Shown: positions 25,752 through 39,640 of the stretch, piece after piece
Layout of the letters: every line of letters begins with the position of its first letter
Position numbering within the stretch: position 1 is the first letter of the stretch
Assembly: GCF_000143415.4 (NCBI RefSeq)
Contig: NW_003314288.1
Location: 22,002-86,001, forward strand
DNA from: Selaginella moellendorffii
Taxonomy: Eukaryota; Plantae; Lycopodiophyta
Reading direction: 5' to 3'
DNA length: 64,000 nt
Translations under genes and position numbers: made by a program
Notes under the pieces: generated by a model
What the model saw: only the letters and a program-made list of their open reading frames with translations
Databases searched by the model: none
What the model was told of the DNA's origin: nothing

Positions 25752-26516
25752 TTAAGTTTTCTCATTAAATGTTCTTGATGGTACATTAACTATTGAATTT
25801 TGTTCGATGTTGAATCCTATGCTTTCCACCTATGATAATCTTGATGGTTCCTATACTATAATATTGGTTTATCAAATGATAACTTACTTGGAATACTTTT
25901 GTGTTCTGATATAAGATTTAATCACAGATAATTAAGTCTCTAAGATATCATTGTCTATGACTTTGATATTGTCCATCTCTTGATCTTTAGGTTTAGGGCA
26001 GTATAAGCAAATTAACTTCGACACTTCATATGCATAGTGAAATCTCTGGGGTAGCTACTATCAATTGGTCACATCACCCGACTCTCTGTCGATGTTCTTA
26101 TTTTATTAAAAGGGCATGACCGTGTAAACAACTCTAACTACCTATTTACAGTAATCTATTTAAACCTTATCAATAAGTTTGGTTTCTTTGCTCATAAGGG
26201 TTGGGGCCTCTGGCTTCTCTCTCTATTCCACTTGTTGGTAGGGATGTATCACACTTTTATAAGTTGAGTGACACTCTGAGTAGCAAGGGTGGCTAACTCT
26301 ATTTGTCCTTTCCTTGTCAACAATGGCCAGAAGGTGTCTAAGTTGGTAGTGCATTTGCATTAAACAAAGAGGTTACCCTAACTCATTTAAGTTAGTGCAT
26401 TTCTCACATAATGTGATTATCATAAACTTTTAATAGAGTTGTTTCCTTGGCAGTGGTCTAAACTGGAGTATGCATCAACGAAGATGTCGATCTTCCCTAA
26501 AGAGGGGAGAGTGTCG

Positions 26517-27370
26517 ATCTTTGGCCATTAGTACTTGCTAGTACCCAAAAGCAAGATCTAATTTGGTGAAGCAACGACTTCTCCCCAGACAATCCAAGAA
26601 ATCAGTAGTATGAGGAAAAGGGTACACACTTTGTTTAATGGACGATAATCAATGCAAAAATGAATAATCCCATCAGACTTTGTCACAAGATGCAGTTCAC
26701 ATACTCAAGGACTCTGTGACTTTTGAATAACTCCCTTTTCCAACATCTCTTTGACGTTTGCATGTAAAATCTTGATCTCTTTGGGTAACTGACGACGAAT
26801 AAAAACCTTGATTGGAAGAGCATCCCCAGTTGGAATATGATGATGTGTTGTAATCTTGGCTCTAGATGATAAGTCAAATTCAAAAAGATATATGGAAGAA
26901 ATATCAAGAAGTATAAGATAAAGGGAGAATCCTTAAAATCACATTTGACATGATTGCACCCCAACCAATCCATACCAATGATGAGGTCAAAAGCTTGACT
27001 TAACACCACCTGCAATAACTACAACTCAAGCTTGAGATTGCCTACATGCATAAACAGATATGCCTCATCCCGTGCACAAGCATATGTATAGCCATTGCCA
27101 TAAAGAATGAAAATTGGCTTTGCCGTATGACATAAATGTAGATGGCAATGTGTAGCAACAGGTCAAGCAATAGAAGATAAACTCAAACCTATATTAACCA
27201 ACATAGAGAGAATAATAGGAGACCTCTTGTTATAAAAATAAGCATGGAAAGTAAACATTGAATGAACTAGTGCCGAGTGAACCTCTTAATGATACTCCCA
27301 AAAGAAATATAGAAAGGTGGTATCTAGACCTTTCACTATATTAGCATCAACAGGATGTTGTTGACGCCAA
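26517..27370 (-). mobile_element. Degenerate Gypsy protease/RT fragment (same family as 37975-42970)
   Basis: QAFDLIIGMDWLGCNHVKCDF; aligns with about 40700-41750. Confidence 0.75.
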
Positions 27371-30300
27371 TGTCACAAATGTGACTTCGTGTATCAAATG
27401 TTATATGTTGGCTAGTCCTTTCGAATATTCTTTCTTTACTGCCATGATGGTAAGAGGTCGGTATTGCTAGACATTTTATCAATCCCTCTTGTTCAAGTGT
27501 TAATAAACTGCATTTTGTATCTGTACTTGGCCAGACGAGCATAAGGATAGAATTCCTAAGTGTCTATTTAGCCAAGCATACTTGGCCTGACTTGTTAGTT
27601 CTCTTTTGCTTTATTTTGCACTAGCTTGACAAGAACCCTCATATATTGAGACTAATCCCTCAATATTTGCTAAATGATAACTTATTATGTCTGCCAAACA
27701 CCCTCGCTATCATTCCCTTTGTGTTATTCTCATTCGGGTCCCAAATGCTATATATAGAAATTGTCGGGATTTGTTCATTGGGTATATTTACAAAATGTAA
27801 AGACTGTCTTGAACACAATGGTGTTCTTCCCATGTCCAAATTCATGATCTAGGGACATTCCATATTTAGTAAGTTTCAAACTTGTCCCAAAGACTAACTC
27901 CTGGTCCTAAGGGTGGTTAAGAGTGAAAGCCTAAAGCAGGCATTCTTTCCATTTCAATTCGGGGGGGGGGGGGGGGGGGTAGCTCCCACTTGCGTATTTG
28001 TCTTTATTTTGCATTTGGTTTGGGTTTAAGCCGAATTTCCACACTATATTAGTTGGTGGAGTATTCATATCCCCGCATTAGGCCACTAGTATGTTAAAAT
28101 AGTGCAAAACTCTGTTTAGTTCCATTTTGCATGTTGGTTCTAGCATTAGGATGCTGGATGCTCTAGAACTATTCTAAGTCGCTCTGTGCTCCTGTCGTTT
28201 CACTCCTTGAGCTGTACACTCAAGAGTTGTTTCGTGCTCTAATGCTATTGCTCCTTGGCTCTATGCTTAGGAGTTTGGCTCCATTCTTTTGTTTAGTGGT
28301 GTAAGGCCCTAAAACTTGGGTTCAGCACCATTTAACACGTGGTACATAGAGGGTTTAGGTTCTACTTTATGGTTATCGTATGGTAAATCACCATAAGATG
28401 AAGGGTGAAAACCACATGTACTATATTTGGTATTAGAGAATGAGTACTATCTAATGAGATTGGGCAACTAGTCTTGTTGCATACGTAGAGATAAAAATGA
28501 TGATCTAAGTGGGTACATGTTTGGGTGCTAAAACTTTGCATTTGTTCCTTAGGTATGGATTTTGGTTACCATTTGTACCATAATATGTGAGCTTGCTCTT
28601 GGGCTCATAAAATGGATGGAGATGTTCTGTTTGTACGAGTTTACACTTGGGCTCATGAGTGATGCACATTAGCAACTCAAGGTTACGCTTTGAGTTAGCA
28701 AGATGGACTTGAGGTGTGCCATTTTGCACTAGTTTGCGCTTGGGCTCGTGAAAGAGGCATATTAGCAACTCAAGGTTACACTTTGAGTTAGTAGGATTAA
28801 TATTAGTTTATCGGTGGTTCCATGACTTCTTCCATGTACGTGGGTGAAAGTAAACCTCCCATGGGTTTGTTATGAGTGGCAAATAGGCTGATCCATAGTT
28901 GTTTATGACACTAATGGATCCTTCCTAAACATGATTATAAGTGGGTCAATCAAGACTATAGGGAATAGTCTATTGGTTCAAATAATCATTGCTGCGCTCT
29001 CTTATGAACTTTTCTTGGATTGAACTGAAGATAGTGCACAAGCTTGAGGTTTGGTCAAAGATGAGATTGAAAAAAAAGTCATCAAGGACAAAAAATTAAA
29101 AACGTAAATCATTTTCTCTTCTTGGAGAGATGATTTGCAACGAAATATAACTTATTGCTCATGTTCATATCATATAAATAAGAGTCCTTACCTTGATGTA
29201 TATTGGAAATAATGGTTTTACAAGTGGTGAGTTGTGGGATGGATAGCAGTGAAGCACTAAACCATTTTGTGTAAGTTTGTTTTTGGAAGACTTGGATTAC
29301 AATGCTCAATTCTTTTCCGAGGAACTTTGTTATTGCTCCTTGAGTAGCTTGAAGTTGGATTAGTTTTGAGTTTGGTTGGAAAGAGAGTAGCATGAGTTTG
29401 TCTATGTTATGAACAAAGTTAGTGGTCTTCGGTGTTGTAAATCTTTATCGGTGGGGTGTGGCATTTATTTATCATTTTATTGAATAGAGGTAACATTTGA
29501 TACTCCCATAGACTTTTAAAGTAATAATATGGACTTATTTGTGGTGTTGCATGATTGATGATCAAGCCATTGTGATTTTATATCATATCTATGTGATAAT
29601 GAATAATGTGTTTGTGAAGTTGCTTAGTTAAATGATGATCAACCCCAAAGTGGTTGATAGTAAAGTTAGTCTACTTGTATGAATAGTAGCTTTAATTGAA
29701 TTCTTGATGGTGGTCTATTATACTAAGCTTGAGATGGTACCTTGTTTCTTTAAGGGTTTGCCCATTGAGGTGTTGGAAAGGGTTATAGTATTCACTTGCT
29801 ATAGTTTGTTGGTGAATCTATTAACATTTGGAGTAAATTATTGGATAGAGAAGTTAAAGCATTAACATTGCTAACATTTGTGTTAGTAGAAGTGCCATTG
29901 TGGTTTTAAGTGATGAGGAATTTTCCTTAGATCTTGATTTTTCATGTCATTTTTCTTGTTAGTGTTTTGGCTTCACATTGGATCTTGAAGATGGTTGAAG
30001 AAGAGTGTTAGTTCAATATGAATATTTAAAGATATAGTCCTCGTGATCAAGCCTTGGATGTGTCAAAACCCCCAACAAAATCAAGACTAGAAAATGCAGA
30101 AGACAAAGAGAAAAGCTAGTGGAAACACAAAAGATGCCTTAGACTGATGTTGATTCAGATTGTGGAGAAATGAAACAAAGCTAAACTATATATACTATAG
30201 GTTGATGAAGCTCCACCACTCTTGGATCGAGGACAGTCTAAACATAGCTGGGGTCGAGGAGGCACCATGTCAACATCAAGAATGTGGTTCAAGACTTAGG

Positions 30301-33300
30301 AATCGTACAGAAAATCAGAGAGTCAGGAATAGGGAAGTGTCTTAAGAGTCAGGAATATGGTCTGTAGGTCAAGAATCCAGCGAGAGTCAAGAATGTGGCA
30401 AGAATTGGGGGATTCCTGACAGCACCCCCTCCTCAAGAACGAGTGGAACGAGGACGTGAATGAGAATGAAGAGGAGGATGAGATGGGCAGCGAGGGATGG
30501 GAGAGGGAGAATGAAAAGAATGAGGACTGGGACAAGAAGGATAACGGTGGTGGAAGTCCTAAACAAGGTCAGGAGAATGAATCAGGTTGTCCACAGATTC
30601 CTAAGTGTGTTCCTCAGGTTCATAACCCTTCTAGTTTACCAGATAGTAGAGTTTAGACCGTGAGATCTTGGAATCAAGGATGTCCTAAACTTCATACTCA
30701 GACCCATCTTCGAGCTGCACTGGTGGAGGCGGAGGAATGACCCGATTTGGAATAGAACTGGGAATATAAGGCTCAAGGAGAGAGGAGTGAAAAACGGAGG
30801 AGGGAAGTGCAAGATGATAAGTGACATGATTAATGATGGCAGTGATAGGGAAAGGACCGAGGCATTTGAAATCGAGTTTGAGACATGGCTTGGCGGTGGA
30901 GATATTTTGCTGGAGGAGCTAGACTTTATCCCCAATATTGTAAGGGGGACAATCCTAATGATGGACATTGGTGAATGTTTTGTGAGATTCTTGAGCACAA
31001 TAGAGGTGGAAGGAGATGGAGTTGTGGATTTTCTGGAGGTTGGAGATAAATGCATCAGAGCGAGGATTTGAACGAGAGGATTTGGATGGAGAAGGAAGTG
31101 AGAGATTGAATCAAGGATTGCAACCAGAATTTGCAAAGAAGAGGGAAACTCAAAGAGAGGAGTGAACAAAGTTGTTATAGGAGAACTCAGCAAGGGGAAG
31201 GATATCAAACTAGTCATCCTAATGATAGTTGATGAAGCACCTTAGAAATTGTTCCAACGTCTGAATTGTTCGCTCGGACTGTCCATCAATTTGAGGATGA
31301 TACGTTGAAGAGAGGTTGGCCTTCACTCCAAGCAACTGCAAGAACCATTGCCAGAAATGAGAGATGAACCGAGGTCCCCGATCCGAAACCATATCTGCAG
31401 GAATCCCATGAAGTCAAAAAATTTCTCTGAATACCAGTTTTGCCATGTCCTCGCCTGAAAACTCCTTGGTACATAGTAGGAAGTGCGCCATCTTTGTGAA
31501 GCAATCCACCACAACTAAAATGCTATTGAAGCCTCTAGAACTTGGAAGATCACTCAAGAAATCCATAGAGATGGATTCCCAAGGACCTGAAGGGACTGGG
31601 AGGGAACAAAGCAATCCTGAAGGAAGGTGGCGAGATACTTTATTCTAGGCACAAGTGTCACAGGAGGTAACAAAAGCTTTGATGTAGTCATCCATGTGGG
31701 GCCACCAAAAGTCTTGTGCAACCAGCTCATAGGTTTTTGCAATGCCAAAGTGACCAGCAGTCGGGCTATTGTGGTACGCTATCAAGACCAACCTTCAAGC
31801 ATCACCTTCATGAACATAAAGCTGCTCCCCACGGTACAACAAGCCATCTAAGAACTCAAACTTATCAAATCGTTGGTAGTCAGGAGTCACTAGGTGTCCA
31901 GCTTGAAGATAGGGGAAAATGTTGCTGGTGAGGTCGTCGAATTGAAGATTGTTTCTGATAGCATCCATCAAGGAGGAGTCCTGAGGGGCCAGGGAAATTG
32001 CCATAACATGAAGCCGATCAGGACTGAGGATAATTTGATCCTGTTGATCGAAGGTAGGATTACCAGGCCTAAGACTGAGACTTTGTTATTAAGTATATAC
32101 CTGGAAAGTTTCAGGGCCTTTCTGATGCTCTTTCAAGGCACTCCTATCAAACCAACCTGAAGGAAGGTGGCGAGGTACCTTATTCCAGGTGCAAATGTCA
32201 CAGGAGGTAACAAAAGCTTTGATGTAGTCGTCCATGTGTGGCCACCAAAAGTCTCATGCAACCAGCTTATAGGTTTTTGAAATGCCAAAGTGACCAGCAG
32301 TCGGGCTATCCTGGCACGCCATCAGGACCAACCTTCAAGCATCACCTTTAGGAATGTAAAGCTGCTCCCCACAATACAACAAGCCATCTAAGAACTCAAA
32401 CTCATCAAATCGCCAGTAGTTGGGAGTCACTAGGTATCTAGCCTAAAGATGGGGGAAAATGTTGCTAGCGAGGTCGTCTGATTGAAGATTGTTTCTGATC
32501 GCATCCATCAAGGAGGAGTCCTGAGGGGCCAGGGAAATTGCCATAACGTGAAGCCGATTAGGACCGAGGATAACTTGATCTTGTTGATCGAAGGCAGGAT
32601 TACCAGGCCTGAGACTGAGATAGGAGCGCCTTGAAAGAGCATCAGGAAGGCCCTAAAGATTTCCAGGTCTGTACTTGATAACAAAGTCAAACCAACTTAG
32701 GAATTGTGCCCACCTTGCCTGACGACAGCTCAAAACTCAGGAAGTAGCAAAGTACTCAAGATTTTTGTGATCCGTCTAGACTGTTGTTTGATGGCTTGCC
32801 CCCTCCAAGAAACAACGCCACTCTCCAAAGGAATCCACAATGGCAAGGAGCTCCTTGTCGTGAATTTTGTAATTGATCTCTGCAAGCTGGAATTTCCGAG
32901 AATGGAAAGCGACTGGATGAAATTCCTGATCCACTCCGAGTTGAGACAACACAACACCGATGGCAAAGTTGGAGGCGTCTGCCTCGATAAAGAAAGGTTG
33001 TGAGGGATCAGCATGGATCAAGACAGGAGCAGAACTGAAGGCTGCCTTGAGTGTGTCAAAGGTCTGCTGGGCAGCAGCAGACCAAGAGAAGGGAACATCC
33101 TTATGAATGATATGCATGAGGGGAAGGACAATGTCAGAGTAGTGAGCAATGAATTTGCGGTAGAAGTTGGCGAAGCCAAGGAAAACCTAAACGTTCAACA
33201 TTGATTGTGGAGGCTCCCATTCGAGTATAGTCTTGAGTTTGGTAGGATCCATCATGATACCCTCAGGAGTGACAATATACCCAAGGAACTCCACAAACTC

Positions 33301-36300
33301 CTGATTGAAGGAACATTTCTCAAGCTTCGCGTATAGGCTGTGTTCCCACAGCTTCACCAGCACCTTGTGCACATGCTCGTCGTGCTCCTCCTGAGTTTTT
33401 GAATAGATGAGGATGTCATTGAGGTAGACGATCACCATCTGATCAAGAAGCTCCCGAAAGACATCATTCGCCATGTGTTGGAAAACTGCTAGAGCATTTA
33501 TCAAGCCAAACGGCATGACAATGTACTCAAAGTGGCCATAGCGGGTTCGAGACACAGTCTTCCATTCATCGCCAGGCCGGATCTAGATCAGGTTGTATGC
33601 TCCACGGAGGTCGATCTTGGTGAAGAAGTGAGCAACACCAAGGCGTTCCAATAGGTCCGAGATCAGGGGTAGCGGATAACGGTTCCGAACAGTCACCTTG
33701 TTCAAACCTCAGTAGTCGATGACTAGCCACAAACTCCTATCTTTCTTCTTGACAAAGAAGACAAGTGCTCCAGCCAGGGACTGCGAATGCTAAATGTACC
33801 CCGAGGCAAGGTTCTTGTCCACATGCTCTTTGAGAGTCTTAAGCTTGGACGGGGATAACCCGTAGATAGGCCTCCACGGAGGTGATGCTCCTTCCTGTAA
33901 ATCAATGGGATAGTCATAAGGCCAATGAACATGTAGTACACTAGCTTTTTTCTTGTCAAACACATCCCCAAAATCATGATACTTCTCAGGAAGACTGACA
34001 GGAGAAACATGCAAAGAAAAAAGGAAAATAGGTTCTTTGTGAAGGAGTTCTTTCATAGTGATTGTGGAGATAGGAGGAGGTGTACGATTGAATGGAATGA
34101 TGAGACGAGGATACTGTCCAGTGTAAGATGGAAGAGAGGGGAAAGAAGAGGGTGAAAACTTTGTAGAGTCAAGAACAGAACCCCGATTTGAGTTTAGGGA
34201 ACTTTTCCTGATTCGGACTCGATGAACAGCAGGGGAAGACGTGGGAGATGGTGACGTCGGAGAGATAAGCTGTAATTCCTTCCAACAGATCTAAGGTTGG
34301 TGCAGTTGGAACCAAGGAAGGCCGAGCACCACAAAGGAGGACTTGCTGTTGATGATGTTGAAGGCGATATCAGTGATGGTGGACCCGATGTGTACTCGAA
34401 TAGGCAACATTTCCCTAAGTCTAGAAGACGAGACACAAAATGCCCGCCGATGCCTTCAACCGTCATATCCCGTATGGTAGGAGAAAGAGGAACGTGATGT
34501 CAAGTAGCAAAGTCCGTGTCCATGAAGCAGGAAGTTGCACCCGAGTCTAGTAGTGCCTGAGCCTTGAGTCCTGATTGTCCAGTGAAAGAAAGTAGACATG
34601 GGATGCGGAAGTTGCAGGAATTGGTGGTAGCTTTGATGAAAGGTGGTGAGGAGCTTCATAAAGAAGAAAAGTGATTTTTATTCGGGGAGTCCAAATAAAC
34701 AGCTCCTACTCTGTTTGGACAGGGTCGTTTCCCGATTGCAACAAAGGTGGACCTTGAGGCAGAGTGAACTCGAGCAGTCGGGGAGGCTTCTTGGGACACA
34801 TAGCTACTTTTGATTAGGATCAGCACAGTAGAGGCAAATATTATGAGATACTCGACATTGCTTCTCAGCAGGATTCAACTTCCCTCTGATGAGTCGGGGA
34901 GTACCAGAGATATCCATTGGGACCGGAGCAGTAGGTTCAAGAGTATGCCCCGAAGACTCAAGCTGGGATTCCTGAGTTTGAGACGGGAAAATGGCTGTGC
35001 ATCAAATTTCCTGATGATGTTTAAAGAGATGATTGTCACATTGAACAGCTTTGTTGATGGTATCCGATAGGTCTGTGGGATCCTCCATGGTGAGCAACAA
35101 ATCCTTAACACCGTTGTTGAGGCAGAAACAAAATTGATCAATTAGGGCCTGCTTATCCCACTAAGTGTCCAAGACAAGGAGTTGGAACTCCGTAGCATAG
35201 ATCGAGGCAGGACGAGACCCCTAAGAGAGACGTCTCATCTTTGTAGTGGCAGCCCGAACTCGATCTGTCTTGCCAAAACATGCTTCAAGCTTTTCTTTGA
35301 ACAATTGAAGATCCATCAGCTTTGGAACCACGACCCCTTTCATGCTCTTCTCTAGAAGAGGATAAAACCATGACAAAGTTACACCTTTGAGCAGCGTCTC
35401 AATCTCGCCGATTTGAGATTCAGGAGTGGGGTGCCGCCGATGTTAAAGTGCGAAGATCAGCTCCATCTGGTTCAGGAATCTATGAAGCTCTAAATGCTTG
35501 CTTAAGAACTTTGTTGGGAAACTCACCTTCGGTTCAGGAACTCTGCTTGATCCTTGAGCCGAAAGTGAAGGAAGTTTCTGTTGCATGTGAAGAAGGGTCA
35601 CCTTCAACTCGGTATTCTCAGACTGGATTTTTGCAAGGACTTCGGCAAAGAAATCAGGATGACTTGGAGACTCCATTGGCAAAAAAGAAAGAAAAGGGGG
35701 GAAAAAAGCAAAGGCTCAAAACGAGCTAAAGCAAAAGCAAAAATCACAATTTGAATCAAACTGTCAAGACCCCCAACAAGATCAAGACTGGAAAATGTAA
35801 AAGACAAAGAGAAAAGCTAGTGGAAATAAAGAAAAAGCCTTAGGTTGGCGTTAATTTAGATTGTGGAGAAATGGAACACAGCTAACCTATATATACTATA
35901 GGTTGATGAAGCTCTACCACTCTTGGATCAAGGACGGTCTAAACATAGTTGAGGTTGAGGAGGCGCCATATCATCATTAAGAATGTGGTTCGAGACTCAG
36001 GAATCATATGGGAAATCAGAGAGTCAGGAATAGGGAAGTGTCTTGAGAGTCAAGAATATGGTCTATAGGTCAGGAATCCAGCGAGAGTCAAGAATGTGGC
36101 AAGAATTCAGAGATTCCTGACAGGATGTTTATTTTGTATTTTGTAGATGTTGGTGTTGGACGGCATAAATATAGGCAAGATTTCGATGCTTAAGTATGCT
36201 GCTAGGTCATAAAAATTTGTGTTAATATGTGAAGTTATTAGTAGGAGGAAGTTGGTTGAGTCTTGAAAATTCATATTCCTAGACTTAGAGTCATTATTTC

Positions 36301-36435
36301 TTTAGGATAGAAGATTTCCACAAATTTTCTTAGACTTTTCCAATAGTTAATATGTTGATAATTTTGCCCAAAAACCATTCCATTTTTGTAAGTTAGTACA
36401 AATTAGTGAAGGGGTTGGAGTTGACTTCGTTGGCT
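27371..36435 (+). mobile_element. 5' half of a LARD-family element (LTR 27371-28425, PBS, internal domain) interrupted by a chromovirus
   Basis: LTR followed by TTTGGTATTAGAG (28426-28438). Internal 28439-30060 plus 36128-36435 is the reverse complement of about 5330-7210. Confidence 0.82.
30061..36122 (-). mobile_element. Full-length degenerate Ty3/Gypsy chromovirus, Tcn1/Tf1-like
   Basis: 361-bp LTRs at 30061-30421 and 35762-36122 (42 differences counted by eye, ~88%), perfect TSD GGATG, PPT at about 30424-30434. Has gag, protease, RT (VIVYLNDILIYS), RNase H (EADASNFAIG; YKIHDKELLAIV), integrase (PWESISMDF) and a broken chromodomain (EYEV*DILDSK..LYYLV.*KGY) near 30560-30710. Many stops and frameshifts. 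Confidence 0.92.
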
Positions 36436-36439
36436 TCTT

Positions 36440-37099
36440 GGAGACATGTGGGAAACATATACAAATGTAAAGTATCATGATATATGGCAATCACTGTAAA
36501 ATGATCAAATCAATGGTACACATCATCCCAAGGATTCCCACGGAAGAACTCCAGCAAAACTCGAGGATTGGCAGCAAGAGTAAGAAGAGTTGTACCATGC
36601 GTTATGAAAACTACCATCAACTGAGTTTGGTTATTCAACTATAATCACATAATATTGAGCAATTGCATCAACTACTGCTCTAGAGGTAAAGGAGGAGGAG
36701 ACTATTGCTCTACTATAAAGATGAATGAAAAGGAAAGGGCTAAAGAAAAGAAATAGAAAAAGCTAGAAGGAAAGGGAGATTTAGACAATGCAAAAGCTAA
36801 ATTTAAAAAAAAAGCAAAAAAACAAAAAAGGAAAAAACTAGAGCAAAAAAGAGATCTAAATAATTCAAAAGCTACAAAAATCCCAAATCCAAGCACTCCT
36901 CAGGGACAATCAAAATTGCCCCTCACCTCCATGGAATATGGAAAGAAAAAATATAACAAATATACATATCAATTAACCAAAAAACTTTAGTTTATATACT
37001 AGAGTGAGTAGTCTAGATTGAAATCAATCAGATATGTTCTTAAATCCCATTATACTAATAATAGTATATAGTATCGTAGCTATATACTTGAACCTCATA
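36440..37099 (-). mobile_element. 5' fragment (partial LTR, leader, gag start) of the short-LTR Gypsy family
   Basis: Aligns with 42280-42810, and as reverse complement with 18273-18660. Confidence 0.72.
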
Positions 37100-37664
37100 A
37101 AACATATTAATGAAATTAAAAATGTAATGGTAAAATATCTAGGTATATTCTAGCTATATCCACTACCACAAATGTTTTTTAAAGTAAAACAAAAATTGAT
37201 AAATTTAAAACCATAATTCTATTTTACAAAAAGTTACTTATTGAATTACATTATATAAAATTAAATTTTTATTAAAGGTTCTTAATGAAATTGTCCCATA
37301 TATATGTTGAGTTAATCCCATGTACCAGTAAACACCCAATTTTGCCATCCATACCATTTATCAATTTGAAAAAAACCATATCCATTATAAGTGACTTCTA
37401 TAAAATAAGTTCCATGTAATGTAAATTAACATTCTTCAAAAAATATATTACTTTTAAAGTTTTTTATCATAACACCAAACAATTACATTTCCATATTTAG
37501 TACATACTTGAACTTCTATTGTCATATCAGGAGCCCAGTCATAATTATTTAAATTGTTAAATTGGTTCATATCAATGGTTATATTAGGATTATTATAGAG
37601 CTGTGTATTAATAAATGTACTGGAAGTGAAGGTGTTTAATTTTTTTGTATTAAGACTAAGCTAA

Positions 37665-37825
37665 CCAACATTTGGTTTGCTTAATAGTAGTGTTATTCTT
37701 ACTTAGTAATCCAAAATAAAATTTTATAATTATAAATATGTTTATAATGTAAGATTAATCTTATTGCCTAGATGGTAGAATAAAAAAGAATATACTAGAA
37801 AGTGTTTAAGAAAGTTTATAAATTA
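37665..37825. repeat. AT-rich dispersed repeat; inverted copy at about 57045-57215
   Basis: GATGGTAGAATAAAAAAGAATATACTAGAAAG vs CTTTCTAGTATATTCTTTTTTATTCTATCATC; TAATAGTAGTGTTATTCT vs AGAATAACACTATTATTA. Confidence 0.6.
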
Positions 37826-39184
37826 TAAATACAAGATTAATCTAAATGAATAATAACCGTTAGATGGTAAAATATCCTAGAATATCCAAGTTTATTCTAG
37901 GTATATTCAATACCATCCCAGTCCACATGTTTGCTTAAGCAAACCAAAAACTAAAATATTTATTTATTTGAAACTGTGAGTGCATGCAATATGGAAAGGG
38001 AATACAAAAAATATACATATCAATTGGCTGAAATACTTTAGCTTATAAGTGGTTTGGATTGAAACCAATCCAACAACTACCAAATCCCATTATGCTAATA
38101 TTAGTATATCGTAATATCGTAACCGTACACTTGGACCTCACATCATCCCCTCCTCTCAGAATAATAGAAGAACATTAGGGTTCTCTTTTAGATGGGCCGA
38201 GATCTGGTGAAACATGAGGAGGAGGCATTGATGGATCTGTAGGTGGTATCAGTTGTACAAAATATTTCAACCACTACACATGCATAATTTTTGGAGGATC
38301 GGCTTGCTGGATGTCATGCCAAACCTCATAAACTTGTGGTCTAACTTGCTGCAACACCCGATACAATTATTTCCACTAAGCAAGGAGCCTCTTAGATAAA
38401 CCATATACTGTAAGATGGGGAAAATAGACTAACACTAAGTCATCCATTTTGTACTTCGCAGGTGGACGATGATGGGAGTTGTAGTGCTGCTATTGTCTCA
38501 CTTGTACATGGCCTAGGTGTTCGGCAAACTTTGCTCAGACAAGTGGAAAAATGCTTGTCAAATATTGATCCCACGACATAGCATTGGCAGCTCGTAGCAA
38601 TTGCAAAAGTAAACCCAACTCTATTAGTAATATTGGATCATGACCATATAGAAGTTTATATGATGAAGCACCAATAGAACTCTACACCCCTATGACATAT
38701 GGATACCAAAGAGATGGTATGGAGAAGGTGGTAACCTTGTGGTACTCGTGATCATCCCTTTGAATGTCCAAATGAGCCATTCCACCAAATTGTTTGATTG
38801 CAGATGATAACCTCTCATGAAAGTGTGGCATATCCCTAATCAAGATGTCAAAACATGAAATGCCTCAGCTATAAATGTGGGACTATTATCCAAAAGAATC
38901 CGCTCTAGACAAGAAAGCTAGAACACCACTCAATTGAGGAGGAGCCATGCTAAATATCCAAGTAAGGAGTGCCACCCACACTTGGACTGGGAGCATTGAC
39001 CATTCGATCTCTTGGGGGAACTAGAGCCAACTCTTAAATATTTCACTAAACTACCCCATTTGTCAGTCTATATTCACTCTAGCCTTGGACTCCTCAATAG
39101 ATATATCCTCACCCAACACCTGGGTATAGCTTTCCTGGATTACATTGGCCTTTCCTCACCAAACTGGCTTCATTGGGGTCCAAC

Positions 39185-39640
39185 CCCCACATTCTCCCTA
39201 CTATACTTTTGGAATCAACAGCCACCCCCCCTAGGGGACAATCACTTTGGGCTTTCACCCAATAGCCTATATTAGTATTTGGACTCAAACTCAGACTCAG
39301 ACTCGAACTCGGACTCAGACTCGGTCTCAATCCCGGTTTCGGACTTGGACTCGGTTTCAGTCTCGGTCTTGGTCTTGATCTCGGTTCCATCTCGAGCTCC
39401 ATCTCAGGTCCATCTCGGGCTCCTCTTGGGTCCATCTTGGACTCCATCTCGAGTCCATCTCAAATCCACCTCGGACTCCATCTCAAACTCCATCTCGGAC
39501 TCCTCTTCTTGGGTCCATCTTAGACTCCTTCTTGGGTCCATCTCGGACTCCATCTCTGGTCCACCTCAGACTCCATCTCAGACTCTATCTCTGGTCCATC
39601 TTAGACTCCATCACGAACTCTATCTTGGACTCCTCCACAT
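39185..39640 (-). repeat. Fragment of a 58654-related Gypsy LTR with a degenerate CTCGGACTCCAT-type tandem array
   Basis: Carries the GGGTGAAAGCCCAAAG...TTCCAAAAGTATAGTAGGGA module plus 6/12-nt repeats like 58730-59005 and 10325-10460. Confidence 0.65.

Larger units (their letters stand above)
18989..26516 (+). mobile_element. LARD-family internal domain (3' part) ending at the PPT; hosts nested LTRs
   Basis: Reverse complement of about 2279-5960. Ends AAAGAGGGGAGAG-TGTCG at about 26499-26516, then is truncated. Confidence 0.8.

Noticed and set aside
38160-39000. Possible captured gene inside the Gypsy 3' region
   Set aside because: No open frame or motif I can identify; needs a translated search.
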